From: Cyanidioschyzon merolae
Taxonomy: Eukaryota
Direction: 5' to 3' (one strand)
Assembly (NCBI GenBank): GCA_000091205.1
Contig: AP006500.2
Length of the DNA stretch: 64,000 nucleotides
Shown here: in pieces, positions 52,368-63,513 of the stretch
Layout: each line of letters starts with the position of its first letter
How positions within the stretch are numbered: the stretch's first letter is position 1
The notes under the pieces: model-generated
Told to the model about the DNA's origin: nothing
Database searches by the model: none
The model's input: the letters and a program-made list of their open reading frames with translations, nothing else
Program-made: the position numbers and the translations under genes

Positions 52368-53756
52368 GGTATAAGAATGAAATAAAGGAGGCTCATGCAG
52401 GGAACTCGGGCGTATACGAATGAATTCTGGAACTGTTCCCACTGTTATTGGCACAAGCCTTTGCGGGCTCTCTCTCATGCTGCTTCCCGATCCTCGTTCT
52501 TGTTTGTCTCCGGATTTTACATACGCCGGCCTTTCTTGTCTCTTCAGGTCCGTTGCCAGCAGTCGAAGGATGTTTATGGCTGCCCCCGAGTCTCGGTTAC
52601 GTCGTTTTGCAGCTCTTACCGACGCATTTGGTGCACAGATGGAAGCTGTGATCTACGATTCGGTAACGATTTGCATCTTTCTTGTATACATCGGTAGCTC
52701 TCGATCCGCGACGTTTACACTTGAGTGTCATCAGGTGCTCCCATACGTCCATCACAAGACTTCGTCCGCTGAGCGCCGCCCTGTGACGCGTGAACGCTCG
52801 CTGCATCGCTCGATACATGCCGTTGACTGGCAAGAAACGAAAAAGCTTCCAACGATCCTGTGCTTCGGTTCCTGGCCCAGTGCTGCACTCGAAGACCAGG
52901 AGCTGTATCTGGGCGATACGCGCGGCGAGTACGCTGTCCGCTGCACTTGCAAGTGCATGCTATTCTAACGAATAGAGGATTTTAGGACCTTGTTGTTGCC
53001 TGTGATGAAACAGGTATCGGAGAGGGAATCGAGGCTCCGGAGTACGTCGAAAAGTATCGAACCGAATATGCTCGCTTCGTGCAAAGCGGAGATGCGCGCT
53101 CCATAGAGACAGATCGCTGTAATGACTCATGTCCATATCCAAGACCATTTCTTATAGAGCTAGGAGAGACGGGAACTCCTGCGCGCATATCCCGTCGAAG
53201 GCATGGTGATGGTGCATTCGCGACCGGCTTCGTCGATGACCTGCAGGAAATGAAGCTTCATCTTTAGACCGGAGACGATTATGCGACGTCGGCAGCTCCA
53301 CGAGGTTTTCGGCATGCGCTTGTAAACAAGTCGTCAAAGCTCGACGTCGACAATTTTTTGCGTCGTCAAGTGTGCGGTGCCAATGGATACGCCTCGAGTT
53401 GCCCGTGAACACAAGGATCCAACACTCGTAGAATGCGTGATTCGATTCTGGTACACGTAAGAAAAGGATTCAAGAACAGTGGCAGCTCGTTTCTATAACT
53501 TCGATGACGATATCGGTTATTTGACGAATCCGAGCTCGGGGATGTCGCGAATCATCCTGATGAAGATGACGTAAAAGCGTCCAGCGGCACAGCGTGAAAG
53601 GCTCCTCTGCGAAAAGCCGACCGCGGATCCAAAAATTACGCGTGAATCCGGCAGCACTTGCACCTGCTTTTCGCATGTCGAGGCTGTACACGTAAAAAAG
53701 CTCGGGAAAATTGAAAGACCCGAATGGAGCCACAGCTTCAGTGTTCCATTTTCATC
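52368..53756 (-). mobile_element. IR-B, the inverted near-identical copy of IR-A, carrying TnpB/Fanzor-like relic copy d in minus orientation.
   Basis: It is the reverse complement of 29221-30610 with a few substitutions. The internal dispersed-repeat segment at 53040-53270 is homologous to 7850-8125, 45200-45520 and 61741-62070. Its left edge is ~530 bp from the YqaJ gene start. Confidence 0.55.
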
Positions 53757-54818
53757 TGGTACGTTTCTGGGGCAGCGGAGACCCTGTTCCTCATTGGTGA
53801 CAGAGCTTGCCCATTTTATGAGTGCTGACTCAATGCACTGTTGCAGTACCATAAAACATAACCAACGCAACAGCTTTTCCACATGATTTTACTTGTTTTT
53901 GCATCAAGCCTCGACAAAGGCACGGCCGTAGACGGCAAATGTGTCTTCATCCGTTACGTGCATCAGTACGGCCTGCCATGAACCATAATCCGGATCGAGT
54001 TCAGCGACTCGACGCGAAAGCTACAAGATGGTGGACAGGTCTTGCACACCGCCGCAACGTGCAACTAGCGGAGGCGATAGTAGCGAAGACGCTCACCAGC
54101 GCTTCACCGGACAGCGGTCCAGTGCGACGTTGATGATAGTCTGAGATTCACCGCCATGTTAAGGGGCACACGTACACCCGCGCAGTTTCGTTTGGCGTTC
54201 TGCTCCAAACAGCGTCACGAAGCCCGGGAGGACGCAACGCGAGACCCAGCTACGACTGCGCTTGCCGGCGCTAGTGCCGGCGTTGCGGTGCACGAATCAT
54301 GCATTGCTCATCAACAAACTGGTCGCTGTCACGCTCCATGACGCTTTGAGGGCACCATGAAATCTTCAACAAAAGTTTTGAACAGGAGTCTGCGCTGCCG
54401 CACGTGCACCGAGCGCACGTTCGCAGTCACAGAACGTGCAACGGAACCGTTGACGGTGCTATGGCTCGCTTCGGTCATGCTTTCTATGCCGCCGAGACTC
54501 CCACGTCGATACCGATGCCGGACAACGACTGTGACCAGGGAGGATACTTTGCGAGACGCGAACTATCTTTACTGAGGACTGCATACAGCCTGAGTCATCA
54601 CGACTCATCGCCGGTAACGTCTACAGGCACGACTGGAACTGCAGCGCCCAGCCTAGAACCGCGCATCTCTGTCCGTCATGCTGTCGAGGGATGTCCCGAA
54701 TCCATCCTCTGGCATTCATCAAATTCCAGGTGCAGTCCATTGCCTAGTGGACCTGATGCATGAGCGGCTCATCGTCTAATGACGTTGGAGATGAACAGCT
54801 CGCATCGGCAATCGGTGC

Positions 54819-55736
54819 TTACCGGACGACTGGGCCAAGGGCACGCAGCTCTAGTCGCTGCCGCTCTGCCCAGAAGCATCCGCTATACAAATGCGGTTCT
54901 TGCTCCGCTTCGCGCGGTAGCAACGCGAGAAACACCGCTGTATCTGCGCCCTCTTCGACAGTCTTCACACCCCGATGAGATGTCATGTCGGTTTTCACGT
55001 AGCCAGGACACATGGCGTTCACGAGCACATGCGGATGTATCGAGCGTAGCCGCTGCGCTAGGATTACGGCGTACATGGTTTCCAGCATTTTGCTCACCGC
55101 ATACGTTTGACGCGGCCATCCGTGCTGCGCATAGGAGCCATCCCCCACAGAGCGCACAAAATCCTCGGCGAGAGCATCCAATTCCTCGACGGTGCGCGCT
55201 CCCAGAAGACGCTCTCGGAGCTCAGCATTCGTTATCTTGTCAAAATTGCCAGCCCTGGATGAAACGAACACAATGCGACCCCCATCAGGCTGAATGTAGG
55301 GCAAGAGAGCCTCAGTCACGAGCTTCGTTCCGTAGTAGTTGCACCCAACGGTTTCGCGGGCAACTTTCTCGTCAAATGCGTCTCCTTTGTAGGCCATACC
55401 AGCATTATTGACCAAAATATCGACGGGGCGCTTCAGGGACTTGACATAGTCGCGGAACTTGGTTACCGTGTCCGGCTGCAGCAAGTCTAGCGCATGCCAA
55501 AGCGCCGGGTGCTCGGTGCTACCCACCTCTTTACTAATTGAATCGGCAGCCTCTTTAGCTGCCTCAGGTGTGCGTGCCGTAACCAAGACCTGCAGGCCTT
55601 CCTCCTGAGCAAGGCGCTTGGCGATGGCCCGGCCAATACCTCGTGAGCTTCCAGTGATAATCGCTAAGCGAGTCATGATTGCGTTTTCCCACAGTCTGTG
55701 CGGATTTCTTGAAAATCTGCTCTTAATTCTATACAA
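54819..55736 (-). CDS. Short-chain dehydrogenase/reductase, carbonyl reductase [NADPH] (CBR1-like).
   Basis: The Rossmann motif is AIITGSSRGIGRAIAKRL. The NNAG motif is VDILVNNAGMAYKG. The catalytic YxxxK is YAVSKMLETMY. It aligns end to end with CBR1 from memory: ...GWPRQTYAVSK...NAMCPGYVKTDMT...EEGADTAVFLALLP. It is 305 aa. Confidence 0.88.
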   Translation of the reverse strand: MYRIKSRFSRNPHRLWENAIMTRLAIITGSSRGIGRAIAKRLAQEEGLQVLVTARTPEAAKEAADSISKEVGSTEHPALWHALDLLQPDTVTKFRDYVKSLKRPVDILVNNAGMAYKGDAFDEKVARETVGCNYYGTKLVTEALLPYIQPDGGRIVFVSSRAGNFDKITNAELRERLLGARTVEELDALAEDFVRSVGDGSYAQHGWPRQTYAVSKMLETMYAVILAQRLRSIHPHVLVNAMCPGYVKTDMTSHRGVKTVEEGADTAVFLALLPREAEQEPHLYSGCFWAERQRLELRALGPVVR

Positions 55737-55974
55737 TCCTGCGCCTACCTTGAAGAGAATTCTAATACGAGACCCTCTTTAGGTGCTAGCGCACGTCTAC
55801 CACTACTATACGCGGAGCAAATCCAAACCAACACAGAAGAAGTTTGTCACAACAAACGGAAATGGCGCAATGCACGACGCAGACGCGTATGACTGGCAGG
55901 CGCTGCATCGCGAAAACGTCGCGATGCGTCGCGGCGCAGGCGGAGGCATCATCTGTGCTGGAGCATAATGCGTG

Positions 55975-56195
55975 GTAAGTTTTATACAGGATTTGACAGG
56001 TACAATGAAGCGGACGTGCGTGATGCGTGACAAGTTTTATACAGGATTCGACAGGTACAATGAAGCGGACGTGCGTGATGCGTGACAAGTTTTATACAGG
56101 ATTTGACAGGTACAATGAAGCGGACGTGCGTGGTAAGTTTTATACAGGATTTGACAGGTACAATGAACCGGACGTGCGTGATGCTCATGACGCAG
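55975..56195. repeat. Tandem array of a ~55-bp unit, about 4 copies, starting ~240 bp upstream of the carbonyl-reductase gene start.
   Basis: The unit aagttttatacaggatttgacaggtacaatgaagcggacgtgcgtgatgcgtgac occurs four times. The last two are slightly shortened or variant. Confidence 0.85.
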
Positions 56196-57381
56196 AGCGC
56201 GTCTTATCGACAACAAGCATGAAATACTGGATTCAATGCTACGAACGCTTTTTTCCAGTCTGACTGACGGATTCTTTACGGTCTCGAATCGGTACAGGGA
56301 AGCGGGTACCCGTCCCGGACGTCCGTCCGCTGGCAGTGCCTGACCTGTCAACGTCACGTTTTCATCGACACTTACCCGGTCTATTGCCACCATAGCCGTA
56401 TCCACGGATAGAAGCTGGATACTACCGGTGAGGCTACCTGCCCGTTGCCCGCCGGCTAGCCGCTAGGTACGAGTTCGTGCAGCAGCTACGGCCCTACGTG
56501 CGACGGCATTCACTGGCAAACGCAGACAAAGGACTGGTGCTGATGCACCGCTATTCACGAACAAACGCAGCTGCAGAGCCGCTGAACAAGCCCTGCCCAA
56601 GCTGGTTGCTCGTCGACACCCGTGGCCGCGGCGTTCTGCGGCTCACACACCCGTGCAACCCCAGCGATGACACCATGTAGGTTTATGGCCTTTCAGGAAA
56701 CCTTGTTTGACGGGCACTGGCCTTATCAAGCCCCGTCCACAAACCACAAAACCCAATGCTTCGTAGATGCACGATGAATAACCACACTTCACGGAAGTAA
56801 GCGAATGAACCCCCCAGGGACATACCTTGCGCACATTAGGGCGTCGGCGTGATAACCTCTCGTCGACTGTCAAGTCGTCAGTTCATTCGCAAATACTTCC
56901 AGGTTCCAACCAGTCCTATAGTATCCCAAAATCTAACCAGACGCTTCCAGAGACGTCATCGCCGCACGTGACCTGGGAAGAGGAAGCCCGAAGAGCCCCT
57001 CACAGACGCCCCTACATGGCAATATTGAGGAAGCAATAACCTCAGCAGCGATCGCTCCTCCCGTTCGGAGGTACCCAGAAGCGGCCGTCGACGGCGACGG
57101 CATCGTCGACACGCCCTGCTGGAAACGCGAACGCAGGCATCGACGTACGCCACGAGCGATACGCAGTGAGCGCGTGTTCGCCTAGAGAAGACACTCCGCC
57201 TATCTGTTCGCGGAGTCCTCAGGTGACGGGAAATATCGTTTCTACTAGCAGTTCGCACCATCACAGCGTCCAGATTCTCTCGGATCATCGCGCAGAGAAC
57301 GTCGTGATCGGACAGGAACTCCAGGTGACTGCGCAGAGAACGGGTTTGTGAACGCGCCTACGAACACCTCCTACACGCTCA

Positions 57382-59685
57382 GTGAAAGGAGTGAGCGCAC
57401 AGGTTCACTTGTGTTCGATAGCAGATCTAGACTGTACAGGTTTTAGGCTGAAGAACACGTCGCAGATGCGCTCAAGCGTTGTGACGCTTAGCGGATGGGC
57501 GCTCAGGAACCTCAGGTTCGCATACCCGCGTAACAATGACGGAGTTCGCGTGCTGAAACGCTTTCTTGGCCGGGACCTCGCATCGAGACAGCTGATCCCG
57601 CATACGCGCTTTTTGGCGACAAGCGCAGATGGCTCTGCGTCTCTACCTGGGACGCAGAGCGCAGAAACACTCGCAGTTTCTGCTGAGAGTGAGGCGCTTC
57701 GGTCGGCCTTGGGGTTGCTGCGCAATCATCGGATCGCGGAAGCGCATCGCGTCGTACGGGAGCAACTCCTGGCCAATGGTCCTCTTCCCACAGAGGTCCG
57801 GCGAAAGATTATGTCAGCTGGATCGCGTAGTGGCGCAACTGCTCTGGTCGAAGAAGTGCTGGAGCGCACGGTATCGGAAACCGCGGAACCTTCTTCTTCT
57901 GTCTTCGATCACAATGCCGTTCTGCGAGCGTGTGAAGTCGCCATGGATCTTCATCGAGCGGAAAGAATTTTCAGTAATATGCCTGAACGAAATCATTACT
58001 CGTACGCGATCATGGCGGTAATCTACAGCAACGCTGGCCGCATGCGACATGCACTGGACATGGCTTCCAGGGCACTCGGTGGACTTGACCTGCACAAAGC
58101 ACTGGAGAAGTTGCCGTCTCAGACCAAATCCACCGCTGCCCCAGCAGATGCAGAGACCATCCCGGCTGCCGCCAGCGCCTCCGAGGAGCAGTCGGCCATG
58201 GAGGCCGAGGAGGAACCTGCGACGGCTGCCGAAGATCACCTGGAAGAAACGCCCTCAACGGCGACGGGTGCGCTCACCCCAGCCCAAAAGTCTTTCCTCA
58301 TGAGTCGCCTGATTGATTCCTCGTTGCGCTACCGCTACAACCACGTCGCACTCAACTTATTGCGTGTCATGCGAGAGGAGCTTAGAATGCGGCCGCGCTT
58401 GACAACGATTTCCAACTTGCTTGTCAGGTTATGCAATGCCAACAATGCGCAGGCCAGCTATGAACTGCTGAACGGTATTCGTCGGCCGGGCATATGGGCA
58501 ACACTACGCGGTGCGCGCCCGATAGAACTCGGTGTGTTGCTTCCGGCTCTGGGTTGCGCACTTCGAAACGACCACTATGCTCTTGGTGATCTGGCGTGGA
58601 ACGAGATCCAGAGTCGCTACTTGCCTGCCGAAAGGCAGATTGTTCTTGGATCCGTCTCGGCAGCCGGCGAGAAGAGCGCTAGCCAATCCCTCTTCGAAGT
58701 TCCTGACATATTCTTTTATACTCGCGCGAATCTGTTAGCGCGGCAAGACAGCAAGGAGTTCCAAAGCACGAAACCAGAGGAAGCAACAAGCAGTGCTCCC
58801 GCTGCGCAGCCGGCGCCAGGAACCGCAGACTCGAGTACCAGCACAGAGCCTCGAACCGAGGTTATCTTGAGTGAGCGGATGCGTTCGTGTTTCGAGCTAT
58901 TGCGGCTGTTGCATCACCGCAAGTATCAGCGTGTGCTGGGTCTGGACATCACCGTCGATGCAAGAGACACGGCGCCTCGGATAGAGCTACTTCGCGGAGT
59001 CGTGAATTCGCTCGCTTGCCACGTTGACCGGGTCGATGCTGCCCATTTCTTCCTGGAACATGAACTTGTTCGGGAAGCCGTGCCGAATACCGCCGCACCG
59101 CAGGCGCTGCTACCAGGAAAAATGGATCTTTTAGCTCCCTTGAATTGTGTCATTGCAGCGTCGTCGCAAATGGGAGACCTTGACCGCGCATTTCAAACCT
59201 ACGAAACCCTACAGGATCATGGTAAGAAACACCAGCTTGTTCCGAATATCGAGACTTTTAATGCGCTTTTGCTTGGATGCGGCAAGCAAGGTCACTGGGA
59301 GGCGGCCAAGCTTGTCCTGGAAAAGATCCAGGAAGAGCAGTTGAAGGCGACTGGCGAGACGCACGAGAAGATCCTCTACGTGATGCTTCGAGCGCGCCGT
59401 TTCCAGGAGGCCATCGAGTACCTGCGCCAGAACTCGAACCAGCCGAAGCATGCGGAGGACCAAGCGCGTGCAGGTCGCGCCCCCGTTCCTTTTACTGCTT
59501 ATCGAATGGTAGCGCGCATAGCGCTTCTTAGACCAGATGCTCCAGCGGTTGTGCGTGAATTGCAGCATCTTGCAGCACAGGCCGGCTACCATAATCTAGA
59601 TTTGACTCGGATACACTCGGCTCGTGCCCGCGAAGAACGTGGTGCTAGCAATGCAAGCGCCTCGGGAGTGAACCCATCATCGTGA
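57382..59685 (+). CDS. PPR/TPR-like helical-repeat protein of 767 aa, likely an organellar RNA-binding protein.
   Basis: PPR-like 35-aa helical pairs include NAVLRACEVAMDLHRAERIFSNMPERNHYSYAIMAVIYSNAGRMRHALDM. A second is TFNALLLGCGKQGHWEAAKLVLEKIQEEQLKATGETHEKILYVMLRARRFQEAIEYL. It has an N-terminal presequence-like region and Ala/Glu-rich linkers. Confidence 0.5.
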   Translation: MKGVSAQVHLCSIADLDCTGFRLKNTSQMRSSVVTLSGWALRNLRFAYPRNNDGVRVLKRFLGRDLASRQLIPHTRFLATSADGSASLPGTQSAETLAVSAESEALRSALGLLRNHRIAEAHRVVREQLLANGPLPTEVRRKIMSAGSRSGATALVEEVLERTVSETAEPSSSVFDHNAVLRACEVAMDLHRAERIFSNMPERNHYSYAIMAVIYSNAGRMRHALDMASRALGGLDLHKALEKLPSQTKSTAAPADAETIPAAASASEEQSAMEAEEEPATAAEDHLEETPSTATGALTPAQKSFLMSRLIDSSLRYRYNHVALNLLRVMREELRMRPRLTTISNLLVRLCNANNAQASYELLNGIRRPGIWATLRGARPIELGVLLPALGCALRNDHYALGDLAWNEIQSRYLPAERQIVLGSVSAAGEKSASQSLFEVPDIFFYTRANLLARQDSKEFQSTKPEEATSSAPAAQPAPGTADSSTSTEPRTEVILSERMRSCFELLRLLHHRKYQRVLGLDITVDARDTAPRIELLRGVVNSLACHVDRVDAAHFFLEHELVREAVPNTAAPQALLPGKMDLLAPLNCVIAASSQMGDLDRAFQTYETLQDHGKKHQLVPNIETFNALLLGCGKQGHWEAAKLVLEKIQEEQLKATGETHEKILYVMLRARRFQEAIEYLRQNSNQPKHAEDQARAGRAPVPFTAYRMVARIALLRPDAPAVVRELQHLAAQAGYHNLDLTRIHSARAREERGASNASASGVNPSS

Positions 59686-60761
59686 GCGCTTTGCCGGCCG
59701 GATGCGGGATCCTTCGGAGCATCACTGCCCATGAGGAAAGATATTGCCCGCTACAACGGCAGTGTCGGTGGTGCCTCGCGCACTGCCGCTGTGCTTGTAT
59801 CCAAGGCGGTATCGCAGCCGCGAGTTGGCAGTGCGCCTCAAGAAGACCGTATGCATCCGCGGTTCGAGTATTCCAGATGTGCTCTAAAGGGATACACACC
59901 GGCTGTGGGCTTCTCTGGCCCTGCCAGATCATGCGGTTTGCACTTGTTTGATGAGAGACGAAACAGGTACCCGTTTCGTGTTTCATTCAGTGTCGCCGAC
60001 GGCAGAGACGCTCGTGATCGGGGCACCGCCGACTCAGTCCTACGATCCCGATGCAGCAGGTGCTGTTTCGATGCTCGCGCTAGTACGCTGGCGACTGCGT
60101 CGTTCAGCGTCGAGTTGCCGTTGTGCACGCCATGATGGACTCGTAGGCGCTGTGCTGCCAGGGCGCCTGGATGCAACGCATTCAGTAAAGCGACACGGGC
60201 GCTGGCCCAGTGTGCAACGCCTGTCGGATCCGGGCCCATCGTCAGTGCGGATGCCTTCTGCTTTGAATTGGGCACGGCGCTCTGGCGCTTTCCCTACGAG
60301 GCAAGGATCGATACGACCAGCGAGGACAAGCGCAGCGATCTGTGGTGGCATTGCGCCAGAGACCTGGAGTCAGCACACATCGCGTTTCAAAATGTGTATT
60401 TTGCTGTAAGCGTTGCTGCTCGGGGTACGCACGTCATGAATGCTCGACGGCGGCGATGCATCCTTGAGGTGTGGCACAGACACCAAGTCCAGCTGCTCGC
60501 GACGGCTGCTTTCGGGTTGTCGTGTATCTCCGCGTGCTGGCGGGATGCCGGTCACCTCCGACGTTATCGCTGGAAATTCGCCATTCTTGGGACAGGCCTG
60601 CGTCCTGTACGATGCACCTGGTCGTATGCAATCATTTGGTGCGGATGCAGTCCCACGAGGTGACATGAGCGCCCGCCAGTGCTTCGCCGCGGGAGTGTAA
60701 CCTGTGAAGCCCCAGTCACTGGAGCGTTCATTTCCGAGAGGTACCGCCCCGGGAATCCAGC

Positions 60762-61055
60762 TCAAGACGAGCTCTCGCCGCAGTCTATGTCGTCGTCGTC
60801 GTCGTCGTCATCTGAAGAACTGGAGTCACTGCTGCTCTCGATACTGTGTGGTTTGTGATAAATACAACATTTTTTCGACTTGCGCTTACAAGCGTGCTCG
60901 TTATCAACGGTATCGTCACTCCAACGGACGTGTCGTTCGGTGGACGACCGTACCTGCGGTCTCGCCCGTAGCCGCAACCGCAAAACAGGTGTCTCGACAA
61001 GCTCGGTGCGACTGGTAGCTGCTGCTGCGGTTAGGTGATTGTTTCCCGAAGTCAT
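60762..61055 (-). CDS. Protein phosphatase 1 regulatory subunit 11 / Ypi1 homologue (inhibitor-3), 97 aa.
   Basis: [64 protein letters not shown] matches the human PPP1R11 core [37 protein letters not shown]...ESDEEEEE. Confidence 0.75.
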   Translation of the reverse strand: MTSGNNHLTAAAATSRTELVETPVLRLRLRARPQVRSSTERHVRWSDDTVDNEHACKRKSKKCCIYHKPHSIESSSDSSSSDDDDDDDDIDCGESSS

Positions 61056-61740
61056 GCGCTGTTCGTGTTTTTACCACACCAAACGAGCGCACAGTCCCGT
61101 TCGTCAAGCGCCCGCCGGGGCTCCGCCAGTAGCCACTCTGTTTGGTGGTCGCGGTAACGAAGCGTCCGTGCTGTGTCCTTGACAAGACCTCCGTTCGGTA
61201 TCGCCAATAACAGAACGTTCTAAACCCTGGTGCTGGTATGTATGTGTGTTGGTGTGTGTGTGTGTGTGTTTGGAGCGTCTGCGCAACGCCAGAGCAGAAC
61301 GCGCTGGAAGCGCTGCCTGCGCGAAACGCGATGCCCACAATACCACACGTATCCGACGCAAGCGGAAACCCAAACTACTCGAGCTATGCCTGCATTTCGA
61401 TTTCCTTTCGAATGTTTTTTAGAAGAACTGTCTGGACGTTTCATGTGAAGCGATGAAGGCTTACGGATTCAGAAGTAGTTTTAGAACTGTCGATCTTCTT
61501 TTCAGAGTGACCCTTTCGAATCTTTGCTGTTGGAACCCTTGGTGTCACCGGAATCAAGATGATTCGCGAAGCACTCGACCACAGAGTTGGGAAATAATCG
61601 GGATCATCATCTAGTTCATAGGTAAAGGCCTCTGGTCTTCTCCTTTCCTTACGTATAGCATGCCGAACCCGCGCATGGTACTCGTGTTCGATCTCTCCGT
61701 TTCAAGGCAGGTCGTAGGTGCAGCGATTCGAGCCGCTGGA

Positions 61741-62721
61741 TTGACGAGGAAAATACTGGACGTCGTCGAATGAAGACTTGTACACAAGCTCATGGCGCAA
61801 GTTCACTGAACTTGTCATGAAAATGATGGATTTCATGTGAGAGACAAATTCTGCTTTCTTTGCGGTCCTCGATATGTCGGCATTCGACAACAGAAAGAGA
61901 GCTCGCACAGGATGTATGCGGCCAGAGGCACCTGTCTCTTCTGTTTGCATGGAAAGGGGTTCTTGGGTTCGGACTTTGATGATCGCAGCTTTCGCTTCGA
62001 TTTGCGTATGCATCAGCGCTTTGCATGGAGCGAGCGTAACCGGACCGACACTTCTCGACGTGGTCCCTGGTCTGCACTTTCCATCCGGTAATTGGCTCAT
62101 CATTTGACAACATCGCGCTCCATAATAATCCTCTGTCGAATGAGACAACTTGCACTTTCATGTGTGGCGGACGCAGCACTCGTCAGCGGGATCGTTCATT
62201 GTAAGCTCGTGATCGTGGCGTACCGCACAGGGCGCGGAAACGAAGATGCGTATCAAGCGGAGCCTTCTGAACCCGTCAAGCGCATCCATTGAGCAATAAA
62301 GCACCGCAGGAGGATGTCCGGAGAAGGATTCGTGGCGGACATGCCGCCATACTTGACCACGGCCAAGTGTCATCGCTGCAAAGTGTACACCTATTCTGTA
62401 TAAAAAAATGAAAATGTCACGTTAAGAGTGTATTACAACTTCCACCTGTGTATGAAATACGTCCACAATAGCCGTCCGTTGCGAAATCGAGACGAGAACG
62501 CTGCGATCAACATCCTCCCACGACTGACATCGCAGCCCGAAGGTCAGAAGGGACCGGTGGATGTTTCGAGCCAGAGATGCGAGATAGGAGAAGGAAACAG
62601 TCGCAGAATCCTTCTCCGACTGTCCCCTATTGATGGTAGCTGGGAGAGACCCAAACCTCAGCATGTTCGCCCGAGGTCGCTGACAAGAGGATCTCTCCAT
62701 GCGATTCCAACAACGGTGTAG
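61741..62721 (+). pseudogene. TnpB/Fanzor-like RuvC nuclease relic, copy e. It is the best preserved of the family, with RuvC-I to RuvC-III in one frame broken by in-frame stops.
   Basis: Reading frame 1 mod 3 gives ...GFLGSDFDDRSF (RuvC-I-like), then ...SIIILCRMRQLALSCVADAAL (RuvC-II and DAGW-like region). Next comes GFVADMPPYLTTAKCHRCKVYTYSV*KNENVTLRVYYNFHLCMKYVHNSRPLRNRDENAAINILPRL. This matches the TnpB consensus V.V.P.YTS.C..CG...F.C..CG..DRD.NAA.NIL. Stops fall at 62089, 62290 and 62401. The 62401 stop is TAA where the IR copies have TAC (Tyr). Confidence 0.6.
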
Positions 62722-63513
62722 GCCTGCAACGAAGCGCGCGTCTCGCTGCCGACGTGAAGATACGGACCTTCATCGAGAACAAGCTGCAGCGTCCATCGCA
62801 CCGCATTACACAGCGGACGAGCAACGACATCAGTTCAGAGCTGATGGGGCCCTGAATTCCAGATGGGCGCATCTACGACCATGAGCTGGATACGTCCACG
62901 GAGGTCGTCCCTGAAAACACGCCTAGCATCTGGAACTTCTCTTTGTCGATCTTTCGGATCAAACAAGAAGAGCGCATGGTTTGCTCTCACCTCCATTGTT
63001 TTGATATCCCCCAGCAGCATTTCTCATGCCGATTGCATCCTACGGTGCTGCAGCTCCCCCGACTCCGAGCCGATGACCTGGAGTACGTTTCACACCGGCA
63101 ACCTCCGAGCTTCTGTTGGGATCACGTGACAAAGGCTATGCGGGGAATCCTCTCGCCTTCGTACTCCTATTTCATCTCACTTGAACGAATACCAATGATC
63201 CAGAGGGTTGCAGGTACCCGTATACAGGGTTCTGGCCAGCGCCAACGCAGCGGCATTGGATGCAGCGAGGCGGCACCGGTCGGTACACCTCCGGGAGCGT
63301 TCATACTCGTCGAGCTGGCTGGCTGGCTGGCTGGCTCGCTGCCTCATTGTTTTGTTCGTTGTTTGAACTCTTGGTTTCGTATTTGATAAGCTGGACGTGA
63401 TCTTCAGGACTGGACGAGGCGTTACCGCACTAGCCGCAAGCACGGAGCGGACTGCTGCTCGCGTCTCTCGCAGCGAGGTTGCACGTTCGGGCGCTTGAGC
63501 CGGCCTTTACGCT

